The notes below the pieces were generated by a model, which was not told the DNA's origin, made no database searches, and was given only the letters and a program-made list of their open reading frames with translations. This document shows, one piece after another, positions 1 to 12,980 of a DNA stretch of 64,000 nucleotides (the first letter of the stretch is position 1; the number at the start of each line of letters is the position of its first letter). A program made the translations under genes and the position numbers. The stretch comes from Torpedo marmorata (taxonomy: Eukaryota). The DNA is taken from the NCBI GenBank assembly GCA_977017645.1, contig OZ360220.1, positions 137,826,001-137,890,000 of the forward strand, read 5' to 3'.

Positions 1-2780
1 CCATTAGTGAAACTTGGTTGCAGGAGGGGCAGGACTGGCAGCTCAATGTTCCAGGCTTCCGTTACTTTAGACGAGATAGAGCTGGGGGGGGGGGGGGAAT
101 GAAAGAGGGAGGAGTGACATTGCTCGTCAGGGAAAATATCACAGCTGTGCTCAGGCAGGACAGACCAGAGGGCTCATCTACTGAGGCTATATGGGTGGAG
201 CTGAGGAACGGGAAAGGTATGACCACACTCATGGGGTTGTATGATAGATCACCCAATAGTCAGCGAGAATTGGAGGAGCAAATCTGTAGAGAGATAGCAG
301 ACAGCTGCAGGAAACATAAAGTTGTGATATTAGGAGATTTTAACTTTCCACATATTGACTGGGACTCCTATACTGTAAAAGGGCTGGATGGCTTGGAGTT
401 TGTCAAATGTGTTCAGGAAAGTTTTCTAAATCAATATATAGAGGTACCAACTAGAGAGAGTACAATACTGGATCTCCTATTAGGGAATGAGTCAGGACAG
501 GTAACAGAAGTATGTGTAGGGGAACATTTTGGGTCCAGTGATCATAATGCCATTAGTTTCAAGTTAATTATGGAGAAGGATAGGTCTGGGACTCGGGTTC
601 AGATTCTAAATTGAAGAAAGGTCAATTTTGAGGAAATGAGAAAGGATCTAGAATGCGTGGATTGGGATAAGTTGTTTTCAGGCAAGGATGTGTTCGGTAA
701 GTGTAAATCCTTTAAAGGTGAAATTTTGAGAGTACAGACTTTGTATGGATCAAAGTCTGTGATCAGGATCAAAGGCAAGGTTAGCAGGCATAGGGAACCT
801 TGGTTTTCAAGGGATGTTGTGGATCTGGTTTGGAAGAAGAGAGAGGTGTATAACAGGTATAGGCAACATGGAGCAAATGAGATACTTGAGGAGTATAAAC
901 AAATGCAAGAAAAACCTCAAGAAAGAAATCAGGAAGGCTAAAAGAAGACATGAGGTTGCTTTGGCAGACAATGTGAAGGAAAATCCTAAGGGTTTCTACA
1001 GGTATATTAAGAGCAAAAGGATAGTAAGGGATAAAATTGGCCCCTTGAAGATCAGAGTGGTCGGTTTTGTATGGAGCCAAAAGAGATGGGGGAGATCTTA
1101 AATGTTTTTTTTTCATCAGTATTCACTCAGGAAACAGGCACAAAGTCGTGGGAAGTAAGGAAAACAAGTAGTGAGGTCATAGAACCTATACAGATTAAAG
1201 AGGAGGAAGTGCTTGCTGTTTTAAAGCAAATAAGGGTGGATAAATCCCCAGGGCCTGACAAGATATTCCCTCGGACCTTGAGGGAGGCTAGTGTAGAAAT
1301 TGCAGGGGCTCTGGCAGAAATATTTAAAATGTCCTTCGCCACGGGTGTGATGCCAGAGGATTGGAGGGTAGCTCACGTTGTTCCGTTGTTTAAAAAAGGC
1401 TCCAAAAGTAACCCTGGAAATTATATGCCGGTGAGCCTGACGTCAGTAGTAGGTAAATTATTGGAAGTTGTTCTAAGAGATCGGATATACAATTATTTGG
1501 ATAGCCAGGGAATGATTAGGGATAGTCAACATGGCTTTGTGCGTGGTAGGTCGTGTTTAACCAATCTTATAGAGCTTTTTGAGGAGGTTACCAGGATAGT
1601 TGATGAAGGAAAGGCTGTGGATGTTGTCTACATGGACTTTAGTAAGGCCTTTGACAAGGTCCGCATGGGAGGTTAGTCAGGAAGGTTCAGACGCTCGGCA
1701 TTCTGGATTTGACAATGGCTGGACGGGAGAAGCCAGAGAGTAGTGGTGGATGATTGCTTCTCAGATTGGAAGCCTGTGACTAGTGGTGTGCCTCAGGGAT
1801 CGGTGCTGGGATTATTGTTGTTTGTCATCTATGTCAATGATCTGGATGATAATGTGGGAAATTGGATCAGCAAGTTTGCAGATGACACTAAGATTGGAGG
1901 CGTTGTGGACAGTGAAGAAGGTTTTCAAAGCTTGCAGAGGGATCTGAACCAGCTGGTAAAATGGGCTGAAAAATGGCAGATGGAATTTAATGCAGACAAG
2001 TGTGAGGTTTTGCATTTTGGAAGGACAAACCAAGAAAGGACATGCACGGTAAATGGTAGGACACTGAGGAGTGGGGTAGAACAGAGGGATCTGGGAATAC
2101 AGATACATAATTCCCTGAAAGTGGCGTCACAGGTGGATAGGGTTGTAAAGAGAGCTTTTGGCATATTGGCCTTCATAAATCAAAGTATTAAGTACAGGTG
2201 TTGGGATGTTATGTTAAAGTTGTATAAAATATTCGTGAGGCCACATTTGGAGTATTGAGTGCAGTTTTGGTCACCTAACTACAGGAAAGATATCAATAAG
2301 ATAGAAAGAGTGCAAAGAAGATTTACTAGGATGTTGCCCGGACTTCAGGAACTGAGTTACAGGGAAAGGTTAAACAGGTTAGGACTTTATTCCCTGGAGC
2401 GTAGAAGAATGAGGGGAGATTTGATAGAGGTATTTAAAATTATGAGGGGGATAGACAGAGTAAATATAGATAGGCTTTTTCCACTGAGGGTAGGTGAGAT
2501 ACAAACCAGAAGACATGGGTTAAGAATGAAAGGGGAAAAGTTTACGGGGAATATGAGGGGGAACGTCTTCACACAGAGAGTGGTGGGAGTGTGGAACGAG
2601 CTGCCAGCTGAAGTGGTGATGCAGGCTCAATTTTAACATTTAAGAAGAATTTGGACAGGTACATGGATGGAAGAGGTATGAAGGGCTATGGACTAGGTGC
2701 AGGTCAGTGGGACTAGGCAAAAAAAATGGTTCGGCACAGACTAGAAGGGCCGAAGGGGTCTTTTTATGTGCTATGGTTCT
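1..2780 (+). mobile_element. CR1 LINE, degenerate ORF2 (AP endonuclease + RT) and 3' tail
   Basis: GDFN, SDH, PGPD, GVPQGSVLG and FADD motifs split over several frames by frameshifts and stops; CR1-type 3' UTR. Confidence 0.93.
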
Positions 2781-3350
2781 AATGTTGAGACTCTATAAAG
2801 CACTGGTGAGACCTCACTTGGAGTACTGTGTTCACTTTTTGGTGCTGTATTTGAGAAAATACGTGCTGGCATTTGAGTGGGTTGTAAGATTTACTGGAAT
2901 AATACCAGGAATGAAAGGGTTAGTATATGAGGAACGATTGTTGCCTCTTGGACTGTACTCGTTGGAGTACAGAAGGATGAGGGGGGACCTCATAGAGGCA
3001 TTTCAAATGCTGAAAGGCCTGGACAGGGTAGATGTGGCAAGGATGTTTCCCATGGTAGGGGATTCTAGGACAAGAGGGCATAATTTCAGGATAAAAGGGC
3101 GTCAATTTAAAGCAGAGATGCAGAAACATTTCTTTCGTCAGAGGGTCGTGAGTCTGTGGAACTTGTTGCCACAGGCAGCTGTGGAAGCAAGGTCGTTGGG
3201 TGTATTTAAGGCAGAGATTGACAGGTATTTGATTAGTCAGGGCATCAAGGGTTACGAGGAAAAGGCTGGGGAGTGGATGAATCAGCTCATGATTAGAATG
3301 GCGGAGCAGGCTCGATGGGCCATTGGGCCTACCTGTTCCTATATCTTGTG
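2781..3350 (+). mobile_element. second CR1 3' fragment (different subfamily)
   Basis: LYKALVRPHLEYC...RRMRGDLIE...FFRQRVV followed by a 3' UTR. Confidence 0.88.
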
Positions 3351-3421
3351 TAAAACACGAAAATCTGTAGACACCGTGGTTGAAGTAAAAAACACAAATG
3401 CTGGAGAAACTCAGCAGATCA
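3351..3421. mobile_element. 71-bp Penelope terminal fragment with 10-bp TSD
   Basis: Same sequence as the start of the element at 12981; flanked by ATATCTTGTG at 3341-3350 and 3422-3431. Confidence 0.75.
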
Positions 3422-3454
3422 ATATCTTGTGACCTTGTGAAAATTGATCAGCAA

Positions 3455-4550
3455 ACACCAAGACCTGGACTCCCCACTGTGTAATTAGATCCTGGATTTC
3501 CTCACCTTCAGACCACAATCAGTGAGGATTATTAAGAACATCTCCTCCACAATCTCTATCAGTACCAGAGCACCATAGCGCTGAGTTCTTAGCCCCTTGC
3601 TCTACTCGCTATACACCTATGACTGTGTGGCTCGGTACGACAACATCAACATCTACAAATTCGCTGATGATTCCACAGTAGTGGGTTGTATAGAAAAGGG
3701 GCGATGAGTCAGCATACAGGAGGGAGATTGAAAACTTGGCTGAATGGTGCACCAACAACAACCTCACACTCAATGTCACCAAAACTAAGGAGCTGATTGT
3801 TGACTTCAGGAAGGGAAAGCCAGAGGTGTACAATCCAGTGATCATTGGGGGAATCAGAGGTGGAGAGGGTGAGCAAATTTAAGTTCTTGGGAGTCACTAT
3901 CTCGGAGGATCTTTCCTGGACCCAACACACTAATGGCATCGTGAAGAAAGCACGTCAGCGCCTCTACTTCCTCAGGAGTTTGCAGAGGTTTGGTATGACA
4001 TCGAAAACCCTGTCAAATTTCTACAGATGTGTGGTGGAAAGTGTGCTGACCGGCTGTATCACGGTCTGGTATGGGGACACCAATACCCCTGAGCATAAAG
4101 CCCTGCGAAATGTAGTGGACACAGCCCAGGACATCACAGGCAAAACCCTCCCCACCATCGAGAACATCTACAGGGAATGCGGCCATCGGAGAGCAGTAGC
4201 AATCATCAAGGATCCACATCACCCAACACACTCTGTTCTCACTGCTAACATCAGGAAAGAGGTATAGGTGCCACAAGACTCGCGCTACCAGGTTCAGGAA
4301 CAGTTGCTACCCCTCCAGCATCAGACTCTTCAACAACAAACTCAATCAGGATTCATGTAAGGACTCTTACTTTTGCACTTTATTGATTTTTTTTCTCTCT
4401 GTGTTGCATAGTCAGTTTGTTTATATTTGTTTACATGTGTACATTGAGTACAGTTTTCTTTTGCACAACCAATAGGTGGTAATTCTGCCTCTCTCGCAGG
4501 AAAAAGAATCTCAGGGTTGTATGTACTCTGACAATAAATCTGAAATCTGA
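3455..4550 (+). mobile_element. Rex1/Babar-type LINE, 3' part
   Basis: LSPLLYSLYTYDC...KFADDSTVVG...KTKELIVDFRK...KARQRLYFLR; ends in AATAAA plus (TCTGAAA)-like tail. Confidence 0.85.
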
Positions 4551-5579
4551 AGAAGTCATATCGCAACAGATAACTAACAGCTCCAAAAGTTTGAATGATT
4601 CCCAATTGTTGGTTAAACTTCACAATTATTTGATAGAAATGAGATTGGCACTGAATTTCGTGACTTGTTCATGACAATAAATTCTGATTCTGATTCTGAG
4701 AGAAGGGTAAAATGAACATGAGGAAAACATTTAACTCTCTGGGTAAGGTACGTTTTTCATGATCACCCATGGAGAATGGCAGAGGGTGCTGACTTTGATG
4801 GAGTTGGTTTTGTCAGGCTTGTCACTCATTGAACACCTGCAAGAATGGACATTTCAAACAACTACGCAGAAAGACTAGGCTACGAGTGAGGGAACAAAGA
4901 GAAGCTGGGGGGACTTAGTGGGCCAGGCAGCATCCACGGGTGGAAATGGGCAGTCCATGCTTTGGGTCGGGACACCGAGTTGGGGACTGGGCTGAAAAGG
5001 AGACACAGAAATATGTGAGGGAAAAAAAGCAAAAAGAGAGGGAGTTAAAAAAGAAGAAAAAAGTTAAAAGAAAGGGAAAAAGAGTGATAAAAGCAAAATA
5101 AAAGGATAAACATATCTGAGTTTTCTAATTTTTTAAAAATCGCTTTATTATTATTTTGATCAGTCACCCCGACCCTAACCCTAACTGTGTAACATCAGAT
5201 TCGATCTAATTCTAAATGAATAGTGATATTAGCCACAGGGCCAGTGGCTACAGGGAGTCAAACAACACAGACTTGGCCAGGGTTTTAGGGCACTTTCACT
5301 TTACTGCTTGATTTACCTTATCTCTGAATTCATTTTATAGAAAAAGAACTAGGGTAATTGTTAGTCCCCAAAAGTGGGGAGTACAGGGAGTTTGAACTGT
5401 GAGGTAGGAGCTAACAAGGATTCAAATATTAGATCAGCTGAAGGTAATTCGAACACAAATGAAAACTACATTTTCTAAAGAGTTAAATATTCTCGAGTTA
5501 ATTTTACATTCTCTCAATCTCATTTCCATAATATCATGAAAAAATTTGAACTACAATGTGTACTACGTACGACTGTCGG

Positions 5580-6200
5580 GTCAAATTTTGGAATGAATGC
5601 AGTCAATTTTTTTTATAATTAGCTTGTATACAGTGTGACGAAATTCCACATTGCAAGCAGTTAATGGAGTAAATTCTTTCCACTGCTCTGAAAGAAATTA
5701 AGTTTATTTTAGTTTTTCCCTTCTCTCTGTGTATAGCAACAAGGTCTCTTCTTTTTTTAAGCCAACGGGGAATTACATCCAGATAATATTTTTTATTGAG
5801 TCTGCAGGATTGGCGGAGAAGGAACAACCCCGATGGGTGATCAGAAAACATATGGAACCTTTACAAATGCAGTGAGTGCCAAAAAATGTTAACATTCCAC
5901 AGTTTCTATATCCACAGTTTTTGCAACTCCAGTCCCCAAGGGATGACCTTTCCCTTATACGGCTTATGCACCTTCACCTTTAACCCTTTTACCACCAGTC
6001 AGCGCCTCCTCCAGCTCTTTTTTTTCCTCTCTCTCTCGTCCTCACCAGCGTCCCCCCAGCCCGCCCGCTTCCCCCACCCCACCCCCCCATCATAGATCAT
6101 TTGAAACTGCCACGTCAATCCTTGCAGAAGTGAAGGAAACGAGGGAAGAGCTGGTGCTACAGAGAGAACAGTTGTCTGCGCTCTTAAAGCTTGCTGGGAG
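5580..6200 (+). promoter_or_regulatory. candidate promoter/enhancer of the antisense pri-miR-199 transcript
   Basis: Repeat-free region with ATTGG (5809), E-boxes CATATG (5849) and CAAATG (5864), MCAT ACATTCC (5892), CArG-like CCTTATACGG (5953) and TGCCACGTCA (6108). Confidence 0.45.
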
Positions 6201-6247
6201 ACCCAGAGAGTCTAGCCTGTGTGGAAAAAAAACCAAGACTACAATCC

Positions 6248-6326
6248 CATTCTGTCTCCCCAGTGTTCAGACTACCTGTTCAGGTCGATGCTATTGTACA
6301 GTAGTCTGCACATTGGTTAGACTGTG
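6248..6326 (+). ncRNA. MIR199: miR-199 precursor hairpin, antisense to the DNM1 intron
   Basis: 5p arm CCCAGTGTTCAGACTACCTGTTC at 6259-6281 and 3p arm ACAGTAGTCTGCACATTGGTTA at 6298-6319 are the canonical miR-199 mature sequences; miR-199 genes are known to sit antisense in dynamin introns. Confidence 0.96.
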
Positions 6327-9300
6327 TGTGGAAAAATCTTCGAACTTCTTTTACTCATCGGCTGAGGAACCTCCGACAATCCTTATTCTGACCCAAACTT
6401 GCTTCAGTCAATAAGCCTGACCTCCATGGAGACTGTCTTTCATTTCCCATGTGCTGTTAGTGGCACTCAGGTAAAGCAGTAGATTTTGATTCCTTTTAAC
6501 AACTGGACAGTATTCTTCTGAAAGTGCCTTTGCTTTCTCATCCCTCGACTGTGTTTCTGGTTCCAACGTACAGTAACTGTTATTTGTCAACCCTGTTCCT
6601 TTTACCTCTATCCTTGCATGCTCTTTCACAAAATATTTTAATCCTCTCATTTCACTCACAATGGTAACTATGCCACTGGTCAATACGAATGAGTAATTAC
6701 AGTCAGGGAGACTCCTTAGCATGCCGTGATATGCTGTGTGCGTATGGTTTAATGTAAGTTTTGTACAAATTGAATAAAAAATAAATATTCTGTTTAATGC
6801 TTCTCAGCCATTGTCATCATTTCCATTATTCTACAATAGATAACATTTGATTTTTTTTGAAAATTTTGTTGCTATCATGAATACAGTATCATTCAGCTCG
6901 TTTGGAAGAAGGAGGAGAAAGTCATCTCTGGGGCATTCTAACTTTTAGGTTATGTTTCAATAATTTTTTAAGTTATTAGAAATGCAAAACAAAATTGTTG
7001 CTTTAATTTTGTATTAGCCTTGATGGCCTTTTGGTCAAATAGTCCACCACCAATTCTTAATAGGAAGAGAATGGTCATCTGGGTGAAGGATTTCAATGAA
7101 GGGAATGAGCTATTATCCATGGGGCTGTACTATAGTGCTAGTCAATGTCTTTAGGTAATAAGGAAACAGTTGCAGGATGAGGGAAAGTTTGGTGGGGGGC
7201 CTGAAGTTGGGGGAAGGGAGTCCTACCTTTCATTTGCTTCTCTCGGGAAGAAACATGAACCTCAGTCATGCCATCTAACAATGCACAACCTTCCCCTCTG
7301 ACGCACTGTTTCTACCATCAGGTGTTACCACTTCGCAAGCACTTGAAAGGATTGTCTGTCCCACTAAGGGTGCTTGGACTACTTTTTCTGGGGTTTTTCA
7401 AGCCAATGTGACCACAGTTTTTGCAACAAAAGTGCATTTCATAAAGGTATCAGTACAAAACTACAGAAATGGAAAAAAAAGTCAAAGTAAAATTAAAAGC
7501 TTGTAAGACTGCTTTTAGCTCTCTTGTGACAGATAACCTTTGAACCGACAGCTAACATCCTCTTCTGGACTGTCAAGCATTCGGCATTTCCTTTATTTTC
7601 TTGTCAAAAATTAGCATCTTATTCAACTCAAATCCAAAATCTAAAGAGAAAGAGATCTGGATTCAATCCCCAATAACCACTGCAGAGCTCAAAGGCTGCC
7701 TTTAATTTGTCTCCCTTTCATCATTTTTGCAGAGCAGATGATATTAATATGAAACAGATTTTACTATTGCAACACTTCACAAAAATAAAATGGCCGCTCT
7801 TCACGACGCATTCAATATTAGTGTTCCATGGGTGGGGGGAGAGAGTTCAGTCAGCTTCTGACTTGAACAATTTGGAACATTTTTCTATTTTGCTTTTTGT
7901 AAAAACAGAGCAAAATACTTTGTTCAAGTAAAAAAAGAACCCCGGTTGCACACTGACAGGATCGACATGTTTCACTAAAAGCACCACCTCATAAAATCTG
8001 CTGACGTTTATTTATGCTTCTGTGGTTCCCCTTGCACATTCGGGTCTTAAGTTGAAAGCAGTTTAAAATAAACGTCTGTTGGTATTAACCAAAAAACATG
8101 GACTTCCTCTTAGCTTCAGATAAAATGCTCTTTGGATGGGCACTGCTCTACATCTCTTTGAGCTCTTTGTCTCCTTTTTAATTTCAAAATTAATTTTTGA
8201 CAGAAATAAACTTTGAAATTATTACTTTCATTTGTCCTTGCACAGTCAGCACCTCTCCCTCGCCAATGCATAGGCATTCGTCCATCGCTCCATGTCATTC
8301 CTTGACAGAAGGGGCTCCACTTCTGGCCACTTGCTACTTCAGTTTGTCATTGGATCACATTGGACCTGATTCCTGGCAAAGGACTGGTTCCTAACCACAA
8401 CCCTCCAGTCTTGTCCTTGGGTCATCAGGAAAGAAAGATTAATTTCCTGAACATTGTTATGTGCATCGAGGAGAGAAAAATCATAAGGGCATGAAAACGT
8501 GCAGTGTTTTTTTCCCACTTCATAGTACTGTCGAATTGTTACTTTGTGCAAGAAGGCCATTCGGCCCTCTAACTCTTTGTATCCTGTCAACCCAATCACT
8601 TGATGTGCTTTTTCCACATAACCCTGCAAATAATTCTCTCTCGTGTCCAATTCCCCCTCGAAGGCACTGATTAATTTTTCTTTCACCACCGTTACTGGTG
8701 GGGAATTCTAGATCATAACCAACCTCTACATAAATTAAGCATTTCCTCAATCCCCACAAATCTTCTCCACAAAATTTAAAATCTGTATCTTGTGGTCCTT
8801 GAATCAATTGATAATAGGAACAACATTCCATAATTGACCCCTATTGTAATCGGTCATGGTCTTGAATGCATTTGTTTATAGTTAGTTGTAAGAATATTGA
8901 AGATGGGAGAAAGATTTTTTACTAGCAGTTGAATTGGAAGCGAGAGGGCATGTGATTAAACTCCTAAGAATTTATCCAACCAGAGCTGGTAAGCAAGGAT
9001 CCAGGATGACTCATTTCCTGTCAAGATGCCTCTCCTGCCTCTTGCATCAACTTATGGTTTCTCTTTGAATCTTAACTCAGATCAAGAATGCATAAAAAGA
9101 AAACTGGAGGCTCAACATCCCAACCCAGCCCAGAAGCACAAGGACCATATCAATCCACAACCGAACCCGATTACATCAATCAAAATAAAATAAAAAAGAT
9201 TAAACATCCAATCATCAGAAATGAACATTTTCAGATTATTGTCATGACTAACCATGATACTATTCTGCGAGTCTTCAGAAAACTAGAATTGGTTGATAAA

Positions 9301-12300
9301 AATGTCAGCGTAAAGATTTATCTTCTCCTGTTGCCTTATCCAATCAGTGCCTGGTGTATCACTTCTCAAGTTTATTTTAAGGGGCCACTGCATTTAGAAG
9401 TTTTCATGATGACCCTGAATGACAGATGTCAAATAAAGGTTTTGAACAATAACTGTTGTGCCATACATAGATCTTTTGAACAGAGGGTCCAGAAATAAAT
9501 GCAAATGTTAGTACAAGATTTCTGTACATGTTGTTTATTTATAATCCAAGTATGTGATGTGGCTGCCCATGAATTTTGTAAATGCCACAATTGGTAACAA
9601 ACTGTGTACCCTAACCCTAAGGAATCTGAAGCTTAGGGATGGGAAATATTTACAAGATAAAGTTTTATCTCATTGCAAAGATTATTCTTTTGTTATTTTG
9701 AACACTGCTCTCAATCTGTCTGTGATTAATATCGTCTCAGGTTTAAAGCACTGAACTAAACACATAGGAGAAAAATGCCCTCATATTTGCTGAAATTTGG
9801 TTGGTAGAGGTGATGATTGGGGCAATTTTCACCTGGATCTTATGTTTTATCTCTATTCAAAGAAGTTATAATCCTCAGTATTTCCTCTCCCATCATGTTT
9901 ATGCCATGTAATGTTTCACACAATTCCTCCTCAAATACAGCATCAGCATCATCTGCCTCTTTTGTGAAGAGAACCACAAAGTATTGACTAAGAATCTCCC
10001 CACAACCTCCACAGAGGTCAATTTTTTAAACCCCAAAACCCTTTCTCTTTCCTTAGTTATTCTCGTGCTCTCTATGTAATTATAGAACACACCATAAAGC
10101 CTCATATGACAATACCTCTGATACATGATCCCCCTCACAAGTGTAATTGTTTCTTCAATCAATATTGCCAACAGCCCTCTTTTTATATCCCCACTCTACC
10201 TCATCTGAAAACCTTGAAACCAGGAACATTCCTGCCACACTTTAAGGCACGTTTCAGCAATAGTTCAGATATCATATTGAACGTTTGTCTGCTTTATTTA
10301 CTACACATCTTGCAGTTGGGAATATCCCATTATATATGTGGGAGAAAAGCCCAACATGGAGTCAACACCAGAAGTTAAAAACCTGGGCAGAAATTTAATA
10401 GGAACCTCTTCCAAATCCTGATTTTCTCTGCTATTACCTATGCATAGTGAGTGTTTGTGCAGAAATCTGTTGCTCTTCACTACGTTTCCTTGCCCCACCT
10501 CTCACTACCGTCTCCCCAGATCCTTTACTACATTGTTATTTCCATTATAAAAATAGATGACATTTCCCACTTTTGAAATAGCCACCCAGGTCATCAGCTG
10601 GAGCTGAGTGCCACACTTTAAATGATGGTTAAAGCCATGGACTTCCCAATGACCAGTGGTCATGGGATACGAACTGCCAGGAGCAGAAGAATTTGCTAAC
10701 CCTCTTCATTTCATTTGAAGGGGAAGATTAAAAGTACCACATATTAACACATTTCTGCACATCTGAAATTGTCACATTTGATCTTTTTGTTCAAATACTT
10801 TGCAGAAGAGATGAAAGGTCCCCTCCTCACTCCCCTTCCCCTCAGCTGGAACTCGTTTGCTGTTTGCACTCTCCTGCCAGTCCATAAAGCTATCCTGGTG
10901 ATCAAAATAAGCATCTGAGCACGACTGTTGTCCAGATGTCAGGCATTCTGCTTAACCCTTTAAACACTGCCTTCTTTTCTCAATTGGTGCAAGGGTCTTC
11001 AACTCCACAGGGCAGATTTACAGGTGAGTTGGTTTGATGGGAAATGTTGCTAGAACTCCCAATGTGTTCCATTCAGTAGCCGGGTGTGATGATCACATCG
11101 CATTCCGGGGCCTTGGAACAAATAGTAAAGGTTGGTGCTCCAGTGTGGTACTGAGGGAGTGCTTCATTGTCAGATAGACATTACACCCAGGCCGTGTCAT
11201 GTGAGGAGGCAGATGCGGGACAGCTAGTATAGCTGCTGCCTCACTGCTCTCGTGATACAGGTTCAATTCTGACAAGGTCCGTGTATGTGGAGTTTGCTCA
11301 TTCTCCCCGTGATTACGTGGGTTTCCTCCAGATGCTCTGGTTCCCTCCCACATCCCAATTGGTCAATATAAATAGTGGAATTTGTGTGCGATGTGGAAGA
11401 ATGACAGACTCCGTAGGAAGCAGAGGCTTCAGCGTTACATCAGGGAGAGAAGGGCGCAGATAGAGAAGGCAGAGATAGAGAGAGCGTGCAGAGAGCAAGA
11501 GAGGGGTCAGAGGGATGGAGAGGGAGGGAGAGAGACAGAGAAATAGTGAAAAACACGCATTTGATTCGTGACTCTAGGACATCCCAAATGGCTCTGAATC
11601 CAATGAAGTGCTTGTTGACAGGATTATCCACTCTAAACTGAAGGGTCAAGTTTCATGTTGTGAGGTGGCCAGAATACATCCAATCAACACCACTTCAGGA
11701 TCGCTCTCCCCAGTGACTCAAACAGATGACATGGGCTTTATTGTGTGAGGGAACACACTATATTGTCTGCAGTGCCTCCTACAATATAACAGTACCAAAC
11801 TTTCACTATACATTGCGTTGGCTCCAGAGCCATTTGGAATGTCCAAATGTTTTGAAAGATGCTAATTAACTAGAACTTTGTTCTTCCTTGCCAAATGATG
11901 TGCAACTAAGACTTCTGCTTCCATCCTGGTCTCTGCCCATTTAGTCACTCTCAGTTCTGGCCGACCAGAGTTTAATCTAAATTCTCATGGGGCAGGTGAT
12001 GCCAAAACACAAGTGGCTCCTTCTCCTGAGGAAAGGAGAAGGAGTTCCTCAAGAGGCATCTAGGGAGCTTCATTGCATTGATTTTTTGCAACTAGCCAGG
12101 TATCCAACACTAGGAAAAACCCATTTCCTGGCTGAAGAATCACACACCAAAATATAACATCGTCCAGCATTTACATAACATCCTTTATGTAATAAAAGAT
12201 GCGACTATCACACAAAATTCAGCACCATGCTAAATGAAGTGGCAGTGAGATAAGTGATTGAAAAATTAGTGAAAGGGGTCAGATTGAAGGATATCTTAAA

Positions 12301-12980
12301 GGAGAAAGAGGGAGGGAGAGGTTTGAGAAACTCAAGAGCTTGGGGCCCAAGCATCTGAGAGCAAAGCTGCCAACAGCAGAGGGATAATAATAGGGAATGT
12401 CAGAGTTGAGGGTGAAACTACAGGGAAATCTCATCTGGTGGAGATCTTTGTTGGTTGGGATGGGGACACACATTCTCTGTGGAGGTGACCTCGTCCTAAT
12501 CCACGACAGCATAGATGCAGCTGGAGCCTCTGGGGACTGAGTGCATCCTGGAGTACCACTGAACATGAACAGGGCACTGGCTAGAACACACTAGCACCAT
12601 CTGCAGTGTGCCCATCTGTAAGACCCTCTGTGGTCAAGAAGAAGGCAAGTAGGCAAGGGTAGGCACAGTGATGGGCCAACAGTCTGAGTCTCTGCAACTG
12701 AATGGGAGCTGAACTTAACTGCTGGTACTTTGGTTCAGCTCATCAACTGGCAGAGGTGCCAACAGACTGATGGACCCCATGTAACTACTTCACCAAGGAG
12801 CAGGTCATGTTTTCACAGCATCCATCACAATACAACTTATAAGCAAAGATATACCTTGGTTTGCCATGTTTGCAGCCAATGCACACACAGCAAGATCCCA
12901 GGCAAAGTAGTGTAGATAATAACTAGATCATCTACTTCAGTAATACTAATTGAACAATGAGGTTAGGAGATATGGCAGAA

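Noticed and set aside
5173-5185. CCCTAACCCTAAC interstitial telomeric repeat (also about 9609)
   Set aside because: Only two units; expected by chance.
8116-8200. LKLKRR...RDVEQ...SKEHFI resembling the next DNM1 exon (LKLRDVEKG...SKHIF)
   Set aside because: Spacing is wrong, there is no EKEKKYML, and there are no fitting splice sites. The true next exon should lie beyond miR-199 and was not found in this window.
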